Below are positions 56,177-64,000 of a stretch of DNA of 64,000 nt, one piece after another. A program made the position numbers and the translations under genes. The notes beneath the pieces were generated by a model, which saw only the letters and a list, made by a program, of their open reading frames with translations, searched no databases and was not told where the DNA came from. Numbering within the stretch: the stretch's first letter is position 1; each line of letters starts with the position of its first letter. This DNA comes from Patescibacteria group bacterium (GTDB taxonomy: Bacteria > Patescibacteriota > Minisyncoccia > Minisyncoccales > UBA10102): positions 462,342 through 526,341 of the forward strand of contig JADFNM010000001.1 in NCBI GenBank assembly GCA_022563395.1, in the 5' to 3' direction.

Positions 56177-57491
56177 ATTCTGCAGTCACGCGCTCCACCT
56201 CCTGGAGCGTTGTTGTTTTCTCCAACACTTTAAGCAGGCCGTCTTGGTACATGGTCACCATTCCGGCTTTTTCTGCATACATCCGGAGTTCTGCGATGGA
56301 AGGTGACTTTGTCACAAAGGTTTCTAGGGCGTCATCTGCCACAATTGCTTCAAAGATGCCAACCCTACCTTTGTACCCGGTATTGTTGCATTCTCTGCAT
56401 CCTTTGGGTTCTGACACCTCAAAAGCCGCAGGAATCTTTGGCCTAATCTCCTTGGGGAGATTTTTTAATCCCTTCTTTACTGCATCAAGTTCTTTTGCAC
56501 TCGCCTTCCTGGTTTTGCTGCATGCACCGCACACTTTTCTCACCAAACGCTGGGCAATGATAAGGTTTAAGGCGGCAGAAACATTTGCTGCATTTGCCCT
56601 AAGAGAAAGAAGCCTGGCAATGGTTCCGGCAGCATCGTTCGTGTGCAGAGTGGAAAAAACCAGATGCCCCGTTAATGCTGCCTGAACGGCAATGGCAGCG
56701 GTCTCTTCGTCTCGAATCTCACCCACCAAGATAACGTCTGGGTCTTGGCGCACAATGGCTCGAAGCCCCAAAGCAAACGTGTATTGCTTGCCGGACGAAA
56801 CCTGGGTTTGAGAGATTCCCCCCAAACGGTATTCAATAGGGTCTTCAATGGTAATAATCTTGATCTTGGGACTCTGCACTTCTTTTAAAAAGGCATAGAG
56901 GGTAGTGGTTTTCCCAGAGCCCGTTGGCCCAGTTACCAAAATCATGCCGTTTGGTTTTTTGATTTCTTTTTGAAACAGCAAAAGCAGATCCTCTCTTAGC
57001 CCAAGGTCTTTGACGGTTTTTAAACTCTTTGGGTTGAGCAGGCGAAGCACCAGGGATTCTCCGTGTTCAGATGGCAGAGAAGAAACCCTGATCTCAACAG
57101 GCAGAGTTTCTTTAAAAAGAAAGGTGAATCTTCCGTCTTGGGGACGGTCTGAAACATTGAGTTTAATCCCCGACAGCAGCTTGATGCGAGAAAGCAGGGC
57201 TTCATAGGTGGTTTGTGAAAGTTCAGCCACGTCGTGCAGCATGCCGTCAATCCTTGCCCGGAGTTTTGCACCCTGTTCCTCTGCCTCCAGATGAAGGTCT
57301 GAAACCGCAAGAAAGACAGCTGAGCCCAACAAGGTCATGACAAGGTGGCTTGTGTCGGCCGTTTCCCAGGAGGGGAGCTTTTCAGCTAGGTCTTTTAAGT
57401 TTTGTACTTCCTTTTGAAGTTTAAGGGCAAGTTCTTTGGGGAGAGAGATTTCCCCGGTAATCTTTTTTCGAGTTCCTACAGACGGACTCAT
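56175..57491 (-). CDS. Second PilB/GspE-family ATPase
   Basis: SDLHLE, PQDGRF, GPTGSGKTT, RQDPD, two CxxC pairs. Confidence 0.92.
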   Translation of the reverse strand: MSPSVGTRKKITGEISLPKELALKLQKEVQNLKDLAEKLPSWETADTSHLVMTLLGSAVFLAVSDLHLEAEEQGAKLRARIDGMLHDVAELSQTTYEALLSRIKLLSGIKLNVSDRPQDGRFTFLFKETLPVEIRVSSLPSEHGESLVLRLLNPKSLKTVKDLGLREDLLLLFQKEIKKPNGMILVTGPTGSGKTTTLYAFLKEVQSPKIKIITIEDPIEYRLGGISQTQVSSGKQYTFALGLRAIVRQDPDVILVGEIRDEETAAIAVQAALTGHLVFSTLHTNDAAGTIARLLSLRANAANVSAALNLIIAQRLVRKVCGACSKTRKASAKELDAVKKGLKNLPKEIRPKIPAAFEVSEPKGCRECNNTGYKGRVGIFEAIVADDALETFVTKSPSIAELRMYAEKAGMVTMYQDGLLKVLEKTTTLQEVERVTAE

Positions 57492-58021
57492 AGCTTTGCC
57501 TTGAACGTTTCCCGCAGAGAAGCAAGGGTACCCGTGGCCGCAAACAGTACCCAGTTCCCCTTCTCTGTTCCTTTGTTGAGCGCTTTTACTTTCTCTCTGA
57601 TCTCAGGCCTCTTTGACCACAGGAGCCCCCGAGTTCCCCCAGCTGCTTCAAAAAGTATGAGCAGAGAAGAGTTTTCTCCTCCACATTGTTTGAGCTCTTC
57701 CACAGCGCCCTTTAAAGCAAGAGAGGTTGCGCGGCATTCTTCAAAGTCTTTTCTTTGAAGCGAGGTAATGTACAGGTCTGAGTTTGGTTTGTATTCAACG
57801 TTGGAGATGAGTTTTTGCGAAAGAGGAGCTAAAGGAGCTGCAATCGGAGAAAGCAGCTTGCCCCTTGTCTTGCCATCTTCTACAATAATGTTGACTTCAG
57901 CATTTTTCTTGAGCGTAAAGTAGAGGGTAAGGTCCAACTCCTCTTTTTCGTACTGGATTTCAGAAATCCAAGGAGCCAAACCCTTGAGTTTTACCGCAAA
58001 TGTTTTCTTTTGCTGCCCCAT
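57488..58021 (-). CDS. Hypothetical protein
   Basis: ORF overlaps the next start by 4 nt. Confidence 0.7.
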   Translation of the reverse strand: MGQQKKTFAVKLKGLAPWISEIQYEKEELDLTLYFTLKKNAEVNIIVEDGKTRGKLLSPIAAPLAPLSQKLISNVEYKPNSDLYITSLQRKDFEECRATSLALKGAVEELKQCGGENSSLLILFEAAGGTRGLLWSKRPEIREKVKALNKGTEKGNWVLFAATGTLASLRETFKAKL

Positions 58022-58047
58022 AATATATTCCAAACTAGCTTGTTTTC

Positions 58048-58554
58048 ATGAAAAAGTCAATCCAAACCTTGAAACATAAAACGCAAAACATGAAACGTCC
58101 CACAAGGCATAAATCCTTTCAGAGCGTTTCTGTCCAGCAGACAAAAAAACGCGCAGCTGAGCTGGGGCGCAGAATTCTGCAGGGGCCTCTGGGCAATCAC
58201 GCTCTGGTCATTGCGCTGCGGGGGAATTTGGGTAGCGGCAAGACAACGTTTGTACAAGGACTTGCAAGGGAGTTTGGGATAAAAGAAAAAGTTTTAAGCC
58301 CAACGTTTCTTATCATTAAGAGGTTTCACGTTTCACGTTCCAGGTTTCGGGAATTTTATCATATTGATTGCTATCGTTTAAAAAGCGCAAAAGAGCTTCT
58401 GGGGCTTGAGTGGAAGGAAATCATACAGAATCCCAATAATATTGTGGCAGTAGAGTGGGCAGACCACGTAAAATCCATCATTCCCAAACACGCCCTCTGG
58501 ATTTCTTTCTCCCACGGAGGGAGAGAGAAGAGAACAATTCGTTTCGGACTATGA
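58048..58554 (+). CDS. tsaE: t6A biosynthesis ATPase TsaE (start may be 58090)
   Basis: GNLGSGKTTF, SPTF, HID.YRL, VEW. Confidence 0.95.
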   Translation: MKKSIQTLKHKTQNMKRPTRHKSFQSVSVQQTKKRAAELGRRILQGPLGNHALVIALRGNLGSGKTTFVQGLAREFGIKEKVLSPTFLIIKRFHVSRSRFREFYHIDCYRLKSAKELLGLEWKEIIQNPNNIVAVEWADHVKSIIPKHALWISFSHGGREKRTIRFGL

Positions 58555-58572
58555 GAATGGTAGAATGAATCC

Positions 58573-60789
58573 ATGGCACAAAAGAAGCGTCTGCTTATCA
58601 TTGACGCAAACTCCTTAATTCACAGGGCTTTTCATGCCCTGCCTCCTTTAAGCACAAGCAAAGGGGAGATGGTAAATGCGGTGTATGGCTTTTTGCTGGC
58701 TTTTTTTAAGGCCATCAATGAGTTTCATCCAGACTATATTGCAGCTGCCTTTGACCACCCTGCTGTAACGAAGCGAGAAAAGAAATTCAAGGAATACAAG
58801 GCAAAGCGGGAGAAAGCGCCAGATGAGCTGTATGATCAGATTCCCAGGGTAAAAGAGGTGTTGGAAGCATTTCACGTCCCTGTGTTTGAGAAAGCAGGAT
58901 TTGAGGCAGACGATATCATTGGAACCGTGGCAAAACTCGCCCCCCAAAGGCAAGCAGTTCCTCCATTGGAAACCATAATTCTTTCCGGAGACATGGATTT
59001 GCTGCAGTTGGTTGATAAAAACACCAAGGTGTACGCCATGCGAAAAGGGATTCAGGATTCTGTGCTCTTTGACATTAAAAAGGTGCAAGAACGCTTTGGT
59101 GTGGGCCCCGAGTTGGTTGCAGACTGGAAGGGGCTACGCGGAGATCCTTCAGATAACATTCCGGGTGTAAGGGGAGTAGGAGAAAAAACCGCAACCCAAC
59201 TGCTTTCTTCTTTGGGCTCTTTGGAATCTTTGTACTCTGCCTTGAAAGCAAAAGAAGAGATTCCCGGTGTTTCTGCAAAGCTTAGAGAAACTCTTTTGGG
59301 AGAGAAAGACATTGCTTTTTTAAGCAAGGAGTTGGCCATCATTGAACGGGACGTTCCCCTGGATTTTAGCTTGCCGGATCTTGCCTGGCAGGGGTTTGAC
59401 AAAAAAGAAGCAGAAAAGGTTCTGTTACGTTTTGAATTCCGCACGTTAGCCTTGCGCATACCAGACGTTGGAGAAAAAATAGAGAAACAAAAAGAAGCTT
59501 CAGAAGAGGACCGCGTTGAAGAGAAGCTCAAGCGCTTGTATGAGGAAGGCGTCTTTTCAGAAAAGGTGTATGAAATGGAGCAGGAACTTTCTCCGGTACT
59601 CCGAATGATGGAGAAAACCGGAATTCAAATTGACAAGAAGTTCTTTGAAAAGCTTTCAAAAGAGTTAGATAAGAATTTGCAGAAGCTGGAAGCCAGCATC
59701 ACAAAAAAAGCAAGAACTGCGTTTAACATCAACTCCCCAAAGCAGCTGTCTGAAGTATTGTTTGAAAAACTCGGGCTTTCTCCGAGAGGATTGCACAAAA
59801 CTCCAGGCGGGGTTGTTTCCACTGCATCCTCTGAGTTAGAGAAACTCAGAGACAGCCATCCTGTGGTGGCAGAAATCCTCAGCTACCGGGAGTTAGCAAA
59901 GCTCCAGAATACGTACGTTGTTCCTTTGCCTCAGCTAGCTGACAAGCAGTCGAGAGTGCACACGCATTTTGACCAGCTGGGAGCTGCAACCGGGAGATTG
60001 TCTTCTGCCAACCCAAATCTCCAGAACGTTCCTTTGCAGGGAGAATGGGGGCAGAAGATACGTCGCGGCTTTGTTGCAAAGAAGGGATTTGAGCTTGTTT
60101 CCCTGGACTATTCTCAGGTAGAGCTTCGCATTGCATCTCACATTGCAGGAGAGGAGAAGATGCAGAACGCCTTTCTGGAGGGGAGAGACATTCACCGGGA
60201 AACCGCCGCAGCGGTGTTTGGAGTAAAAGACAAGGATGTTACTCATCAAATGAGATTTAAGGCAAAGGCCTTAAACTTTGGGGTTCTCTACGGCATGGGG
60301 GCCCGCGGCTTTTCCCAATCAGCCGGCATCCCATTTGAGGAGGCGCAGGATTTCATTGAAAACTACTTTGTGCAGTTTCCCCACATTGCAAAGTACATGC
60401 AAGATACCATTGAGTCAACACGAGAGCTCGGGTATGCAGAAACCCTGTTTGGCAGGAAGCGCTATCTTCCCGACATTCATTCCAACACTCCGCATATTCG
60501 TGCTGCTGCAGAACGGGTTGCCATCAACCACCCGATTCAAGGAAGCCAAGCCGACGTCATTAAGATGGCCATGGTGAAGATTGTAAAAGAGCTCTCTTTG
60601 CAACAAGAAGAATGCCGCATGCTCCTGCAGATTCATGATGAATTGTTGTTTGAGATACGCAGTGATATAGTAAGAAAGCGAGCAAAAGAGATTAAAGCGC
60701 TCATGGAAAAAATAGTTTCCCTCAAGGTCCCGTTGGTAGTAAAGGCAAGTTCGGGGCAAAGCTGGGGAGCCCAAAAAAGCATTCCATGA
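58573..60789 (+). CDS. polA: DNA polymerase I lacking the 3'-5' exonuclease domain
   Basis: 5'-3' exonuclease (EADD, GD.SDNIPGV), TGRLSS..PNLQN, DYSQ.ELR, QIHDEL. Confidence 0.96.
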   Translation: MAQKKRLLIIDANSLIHRAFHALPPLSTSKGEMVNAVYGFLLAFFKAINEFHPDYIAAAFDHPAVTKREKKFKEYKAKREKAPDELYDQIPRVKEVLEAFHVPVFEKAGFEADDIIGTVAKLAPQRQAVPPLETIILSGDMDLLQLVDKNTKVYAMRKGIQDSVLFDIKKVQERFGVGPELVADWKGLRGDPSDNIPGVRGVGEKTATQLLSSLGSLESLYSALKAKEEIPGVSAKLRETLLGEKDIAFLSKELAIIERDVPLDFSLPDLAWQGFDKKEAEKVLLRFEFRTLALRIPDVGEKIEKQKEASEEDRVEEKLKRLYEEGVFSEKVYEMEQELSPVLRMMEKTGIQIDKKFFEKLSKELDKNLQKLEASITKKARTAFNINSPKQLSEVLFEKLGLSPRGLHKTPGGVVSTASSELEKLRDSHPVVAEILSYRELAKLQNTYVVPLPQLADKQSRVHTHFDQLGAATGRLSSANPNLQNVPLQGEWGQKIRRGFVAKKGFELVSLDYSQVELRIASHIAGEEKMQNAFLEGRDIHRETAAAVFGVKDKDVTHQMRFKAKALNFGVLYGMGARGFSQSAGIPFEEAQDFIENYFVQFPHIAKYMQDTIESTRELGYAETLFGRKRYLPDIHSNTPHIRAAAERVAINHPIQGSQADVIKMAMVKIVKELSLQQEECRMLLQIHDELLFEIRSDIVRKRAKEIKALMEKIVSLKVPLVVKASSGQSWGAQKSIP

Positions 60790-60790
60790 C

Positions 60791-60868
60791 CCCTGTTAGA
60801 AGTTCAGCCACAAAAACACAGAGACCATCTATGAACAACAATACTAACAGTTTTAACTTCTAACAGGG
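60791..60868. repeat. CCCGTTAGAAGT MITE-like element, copy 3, supplying the G of the GTG start
   Basis: TIR CCCTGTTAGAAGTT/AACTTCTAACAGGG. Confidence 0.85.
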
Positions 60869-61473
60869 TGAAATTCTCCATTCAACTTGCAGTCATCCTC
60901 ATCATCGGCCTGTTGTTCTTGGCCTCGTTAATTTCCATCTACTTTGCCCTGGGCGAAGAACAGACCATACCCCTGATCTTAGTGGCATCAGCCAACATCG
61001 TGGCCGTCATTTTTCTTACTTTTTTGATTACCAGGGGGATCATGCAGCCCTTAAAGCACATTCGGGAAATTATGAAACGGGTAGGAGAGGGAGATCTCAC
61101 CAAGCGTATTAACTTTAGGGCCACAAAGGAGATGGAGCAGGTTGGAGGGGCCTTCAACGACATGATCTCCAGGCTCTCCAACGCGAGGCAAGAAATTGAA
61201 GATGCTAACAAGATTTTAGAACAGCGGGTAAAGGAGCGCACCCGGCAGCTCCGAGAGCTCGCCCTTTCCTTAGAAGGAAAAGTGCAAGAGCGCACCAAAG
61301 AACTTGAAGAGAAGGTAAAGCAGCTTGAGCGCTTCCAAAAGCTTGCCGTGGGGAGAGAGCTGCGCATGGTGGAGCTTAAAGACGAAATTCGCGCGCTTGA
61401 AGAGCAGCGCTTAAAACACAAACCTTCAAATAATGGTTCAGCAACAAGAAAAAGAGAACCCAAAAACACTTAA
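60868..61473 (+). CDS. 2-TM HAMP protein with coiled coil and no kinase domain
   Basis: I..PL..I.......GDL, E...G.AFN.M, V.ERT repeats. Confidence 0.88.
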   Translation: MKFSIQLAVILIIGLLFLASLISIYFALGEEQTIPLILVASANIVAVIFLTFLITRGIMQPLKHIREIMKRVGEGDLTKRINFRATKEMEQVGGAFNDMISRLSNARQEIEDANKILEQRVKERTRQLRELALSLEGKVQERTKELEEKVKQLERFQKLAVGRELRMVELKDEIRALEEQRLKHKPSNNGSATRKREPKNT

Positions 61474-62620
61474 GGACCAGACAAAAGAGCTTGAGGAAAC
61501 CAGGGCTGCCCTCCTTAATATGTTAGAGGACACCGAGGAGGCTAGGCGTGAGGCCGAGGAGGGCAAGAAGCGAACGGAACTCATTATTAAGAATCTGTCT
61601 GACGGGCTTTTGGTATTTGACGCAAAAGGCACCCTGGAGATTATGAACCCCTATGCAGAGCACCTTTTTAAAACAGAACAGGCAGCAGTCCTTCAAAAGA
61701 GCGTACAAGACCTCAAAACCTTCCCTGCCTTCAAGGAGTTAGCAGAGCTCTTAGGGGAGAAGCGAGGCCAGATTTTCAGAAAGGCGCTGAACATTGGAGA
61801 ACAGACCGTAGTTGAGGCAACAAGCACTCCTTTTCAGCTAGGAAGAAGAGCTCCTGGCGTCATGGTTACGCTTCACGATATAACCCGCGAGCGCGAGATT
61901 GAGAGAATGAAAAGCGATTTCGTGTCTCTGGCAGCCCACCAGCTTAGAACCCCACTGACCGCCATTAAGTGGTCGACGCAGATGCTCTTGGACGGAGATG
62001 CAGGCAAGCTTGCAAGAGAGCAAGAAGAACTTTTGAGAAAGTCCTCTCAGTCAACAGACCGTATGATTCACCTAATCAACGATCTCTTGAATGTGACAAG
62101 GATTGAGGAAGGCCGCTATCTCTACCAGCCCTCATTTGAGCAGCTAGGCGACATTGTCAAAAGTATGGTACGATCATATCGGGACACGGCAAAACAAAAA
62201 AAGATACGTCTTGAGCTTAAACTCCCCAAAAAAGAGATTCCTCTAATCTTGCTGGACGTGGAGAAAATCCGGCTGGCAGTGCAAAACCTTTTGGAAAATG
62301 CCCTCCACTACACCCTTCCAGGGGGCAGGGTGACAGTACGGGTTTCGCATGATACAAAAGAAGTGCTGGTTTCTTTAACGGACACGGGTATTGGTATCCC
62401 CCAAAAGCAGCAGCCTCGGGTTTTTGAGAAGTTCTTTCGGGCAGCCAATGCGCGCAAGGTAGATACGGAGGGCTCGGGCCTCGGGCTCTACCTGGTGCAC
62501 AACATCGTGGAGGCGCATGGAGGAACAATATGGTTTGAATCAGAGGAAGGGAAGGGAACCACCTTTACCTTTTCTTTGCCCATCAAAGAAGAGACTACTA
62601 AGTTTAAAAAAAAGTTTTAA
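61433..62620 (+). CDS. Cytoplasmic PAS histidine kinase
   Basis: PAS ending HDIT, AHQLRTP, NAL.Y, GSGLGL. Confidence 0.93.
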   Translation: MVQQQEKENPKTLKDQTKELEETRAALLNMLEDTEEARREAEEGKKRTELIIKNLSDGLLVFDAKGTLEIMNPYAEHLFKTEQAAVLQKSVQDLKTFPAFKELAELLGEKRGQIFRKALNIGEQTVVEATSTPFQLGRRAPGVMVTLHDITREREIERMKSDFVSLAAHQLRTPLTAIKWSTQMLLDGDAGKLAREQEELLRKSSQSTDRMIHLINDLLNVTRIEEGRYLYQPSFEQLGDIVKSMVRSYRDTAKQKKIRLELKLPKKEIPLILLDVEKIRLAVQNLLENALHYTLPGGRVTVRVSHDTKEVLVSLTDTGIGIPQKQQPRVFEKFFRAANARKVDTEGSGLGLYLVHNIVEAHGGTIWFESEEGKGTTFTFSLPIKEETTKFKKKF

Positions 62621-62621
62621 C

Positions 62622-62678
62622 ATATGAACCATTCGCGTAGCTTAAAACCATATATTTCTTACTAGCGCGCAAATATGG
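62622..62678 (+). repeat. 57-bp intergenic spacer element, copy 2
   Basis: Aligns with 41142-41199. Confidence 0.85.
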
Positions 62679-63043
62679 CAAAGATTCTCATTATTGAGGA
62701 CGACAGGTTTTTGAAAGAACTCATCACGCAAAAGGTGAGGCAAGCAGGGTATGAGGTGGTGGGAGCAATGGATGGGGAAGAGGGGCTTACATTGGCAGGT
62801 GAAGAGCTTCCCAACCTCATTCTTTTAGACCTTATCTTACCTACCATGGATGGGTTTGAGGTATTGCGTAAACTCAAGGAGCAGGAAGCCACAAAAAACA
62901 TTCCTGTCATTATCCTTTCTAACCTGGGACAGAAAGAAGATATTGATAAAGGAATGCAGCTTGGGGCTATAGACTATATGGTAAAAGCGCACTTCACTCC
63001 TGGGGAAATCACTGAAAAGATAAAAAGCATTGTGAAGCAGTAG
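62675..63043 (+). CDS. Stand-alone response regulator receiver
   Basis: IEDD, LLDL, SN, VK. Confidence 0.93.
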   Translation: MAKILIIEDDRFLKELITQKVRQAGYEVVGAMDGEEGLTLAGEELPNLILLDLILPTMDGFEVLRKLKEQEATKNIPVIILSNLGQKEDIDKGMQLGAIDYMVKAHFTPGEITEKIKSIVKQ

Positions 63044-63052
63044 ATAGATTCC

Positions 63053-64000
63053 ATGCTTCTCTTGCTGTATGGTCCCGAGACCTATCTTGCCAGAATAAGA
63101 CTCCAGGAACTCAAGGAACAGGCTCGGGCCCAGGGCGCATTCATTTTTAACATTGACTGCAAGGAAGCTAATCTAAGAGAGGTATTCCAAGAATTGAATA
63201 CCCCTTCTCTTTTTGATTCTAAAAAGTTCCTGGTGCTGCGACATCCTTTTGGACTAAGCCAATGGGGAGAAAAAGAATTTCAAGATGCTCTTTTAAAAAC
63301 AGATCCTCATACCCTAGTTTTTATGGCAAGAGAGGAGAAGAGGACCGACCCCTTATTCAAGTTTCTTTTAAAGCACGGGAAACTTGAGGAATTCCCAAAG
63401 CTCAAGGGTTCACAACTCAAGAGTTGGATAGCAGGCGAGCTTAAAAAACATACGGTCTCTTTTGCACCCGGAGTAGATGATCTTTTGCTGTTCTCTTGCG
63501 GGGATGATTTGGAGCGCCTTTCCAGGGAAGTTGCAAAGCTCGCAGCTTTCAGGCGTTTCTCTTTAAAAAAGCAGATAACGAAAGACGATGTGCTATTGCT
63601 TGTAAGCCAACAGCTAGAACCGAAGATTTTTTCCACCATTGATGCGATTTCAGCAAAAGACAAAAAAGGTGCAACCAAGCTACTCCAAGAGCACTTGAAC
63701 AAGGGAGAGGCGCCCCTCCAACTCCTTTCGATGTTTGCCTGGCAGTTTCGCCTGCTTCTTTCCATAAAAGACTTGGAGGCAAGGGGAGTTTCAAGACAGG
63801 AGATTACAAGGAAACTCAAACTTCAAGCATTTGTGGCTCAAAAGAGCTTTGCTGCAACACAACGTTTTTCTTTAGAAGAATTAAAAGAGTTATACAAAAA
63901 AGTATTCTCCTTGGATCTGGCATTTAAAACCAGCAAGGGGAATCCAGACCAGTTGCTCTATCTATTCGTAGCAAGCGCTGGTGCAAAAGAAAAACAGCGG
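63053..64000 (+). CDS. holA: DNA polymerase III delta subunit, 3' truncated by the window edge
   Basis: N-terminus translated by hand: MLLLLYGPETYL...TPSLFDSKKFLVL. Confidence 0.88.
   Translation, partial: MLLLLYGPETYLARIRLQELKEQARAQGAFIFNIDCKEANLREVFQELNTPSLFDSKKFLVLRHPFGLSQWGEKEFQDALLKTDPHTLVFMAREEKRTDPLFKFLLKHGKLEEFPKLKGSQLKSWIAGELKKHTVSFAPGVDDLLLFSCGDDLERLSREVAKLAAFRRFSLKKQITKDDVLLLVSQQLEPKIFSTIDAISAKDKKGATKLLQEHLNKGEAPLQLLSMFAWQFRLLLSIKDLEARGVSRQEITRKLKLQAFVAQKSFAATQRFSLEELKELYKKVFSLDLAFKTSKGNPDQLLYLFVASAGAKEKQR

Noticed and set aside
1..64000. Alternative genetic code (UGA=Gly)
   Set aside because: Core genes are intact under code 11 and TGA ends several genes at expected positions

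Overview
The window is the replication-origin region of a small-genome bacterium, most likely Patescibacteria/CPR (Parcubacteria-like). That assignment is inferred from gene content; the standard code 11 is used. Left to right it contains: (1) the end of an AT-rich integrative element (1-3867) whose large serine recombinase reads into tRNA-His; (2) a type IV pilus operon (pilB-pilC-minor pilins-pilMNO) preceded by a kinase/receiver pair; (3) housekeeping genes (rny, clpP, nusA, corA, cca, rpsO, pnp, rsmA) and 8 tRNAs; (4) a reduced T4SS-like locus (VirB6-like, PrgI, VirB4, several VirB2-like pilin-domain proteins, some fused to PKD/Fn3-like cargo); (5) jag-yidC-rnpA-rpmH / oriC / dnaA-dnaN; (6) PBP1A, tyrS, ruvC-yebC-ruvB, a second PilB/GspE ATPase, tsaE, a short polA, a split HAMP + PAS kinase + receiver set, and partial holA. 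The most unusual signal is non-coding. Several families of short palindromic or MITE-like elements recur throughout: some are inserted in-frame in proteins, some fill the gap before start codons and carry tiny uORFs, and some border AT-rich genes. A ~127-nt structured leader is shared, in inverted orientation 23 kb apart, by two look-alike tRNAs (Arg-UCU and Lys-CUU). Many genes appear leaderless. No CRISPR array, rRNA, reverse transcriptase or transposase was seen. Product calls come from motif recognition by eye; no database searches were run.
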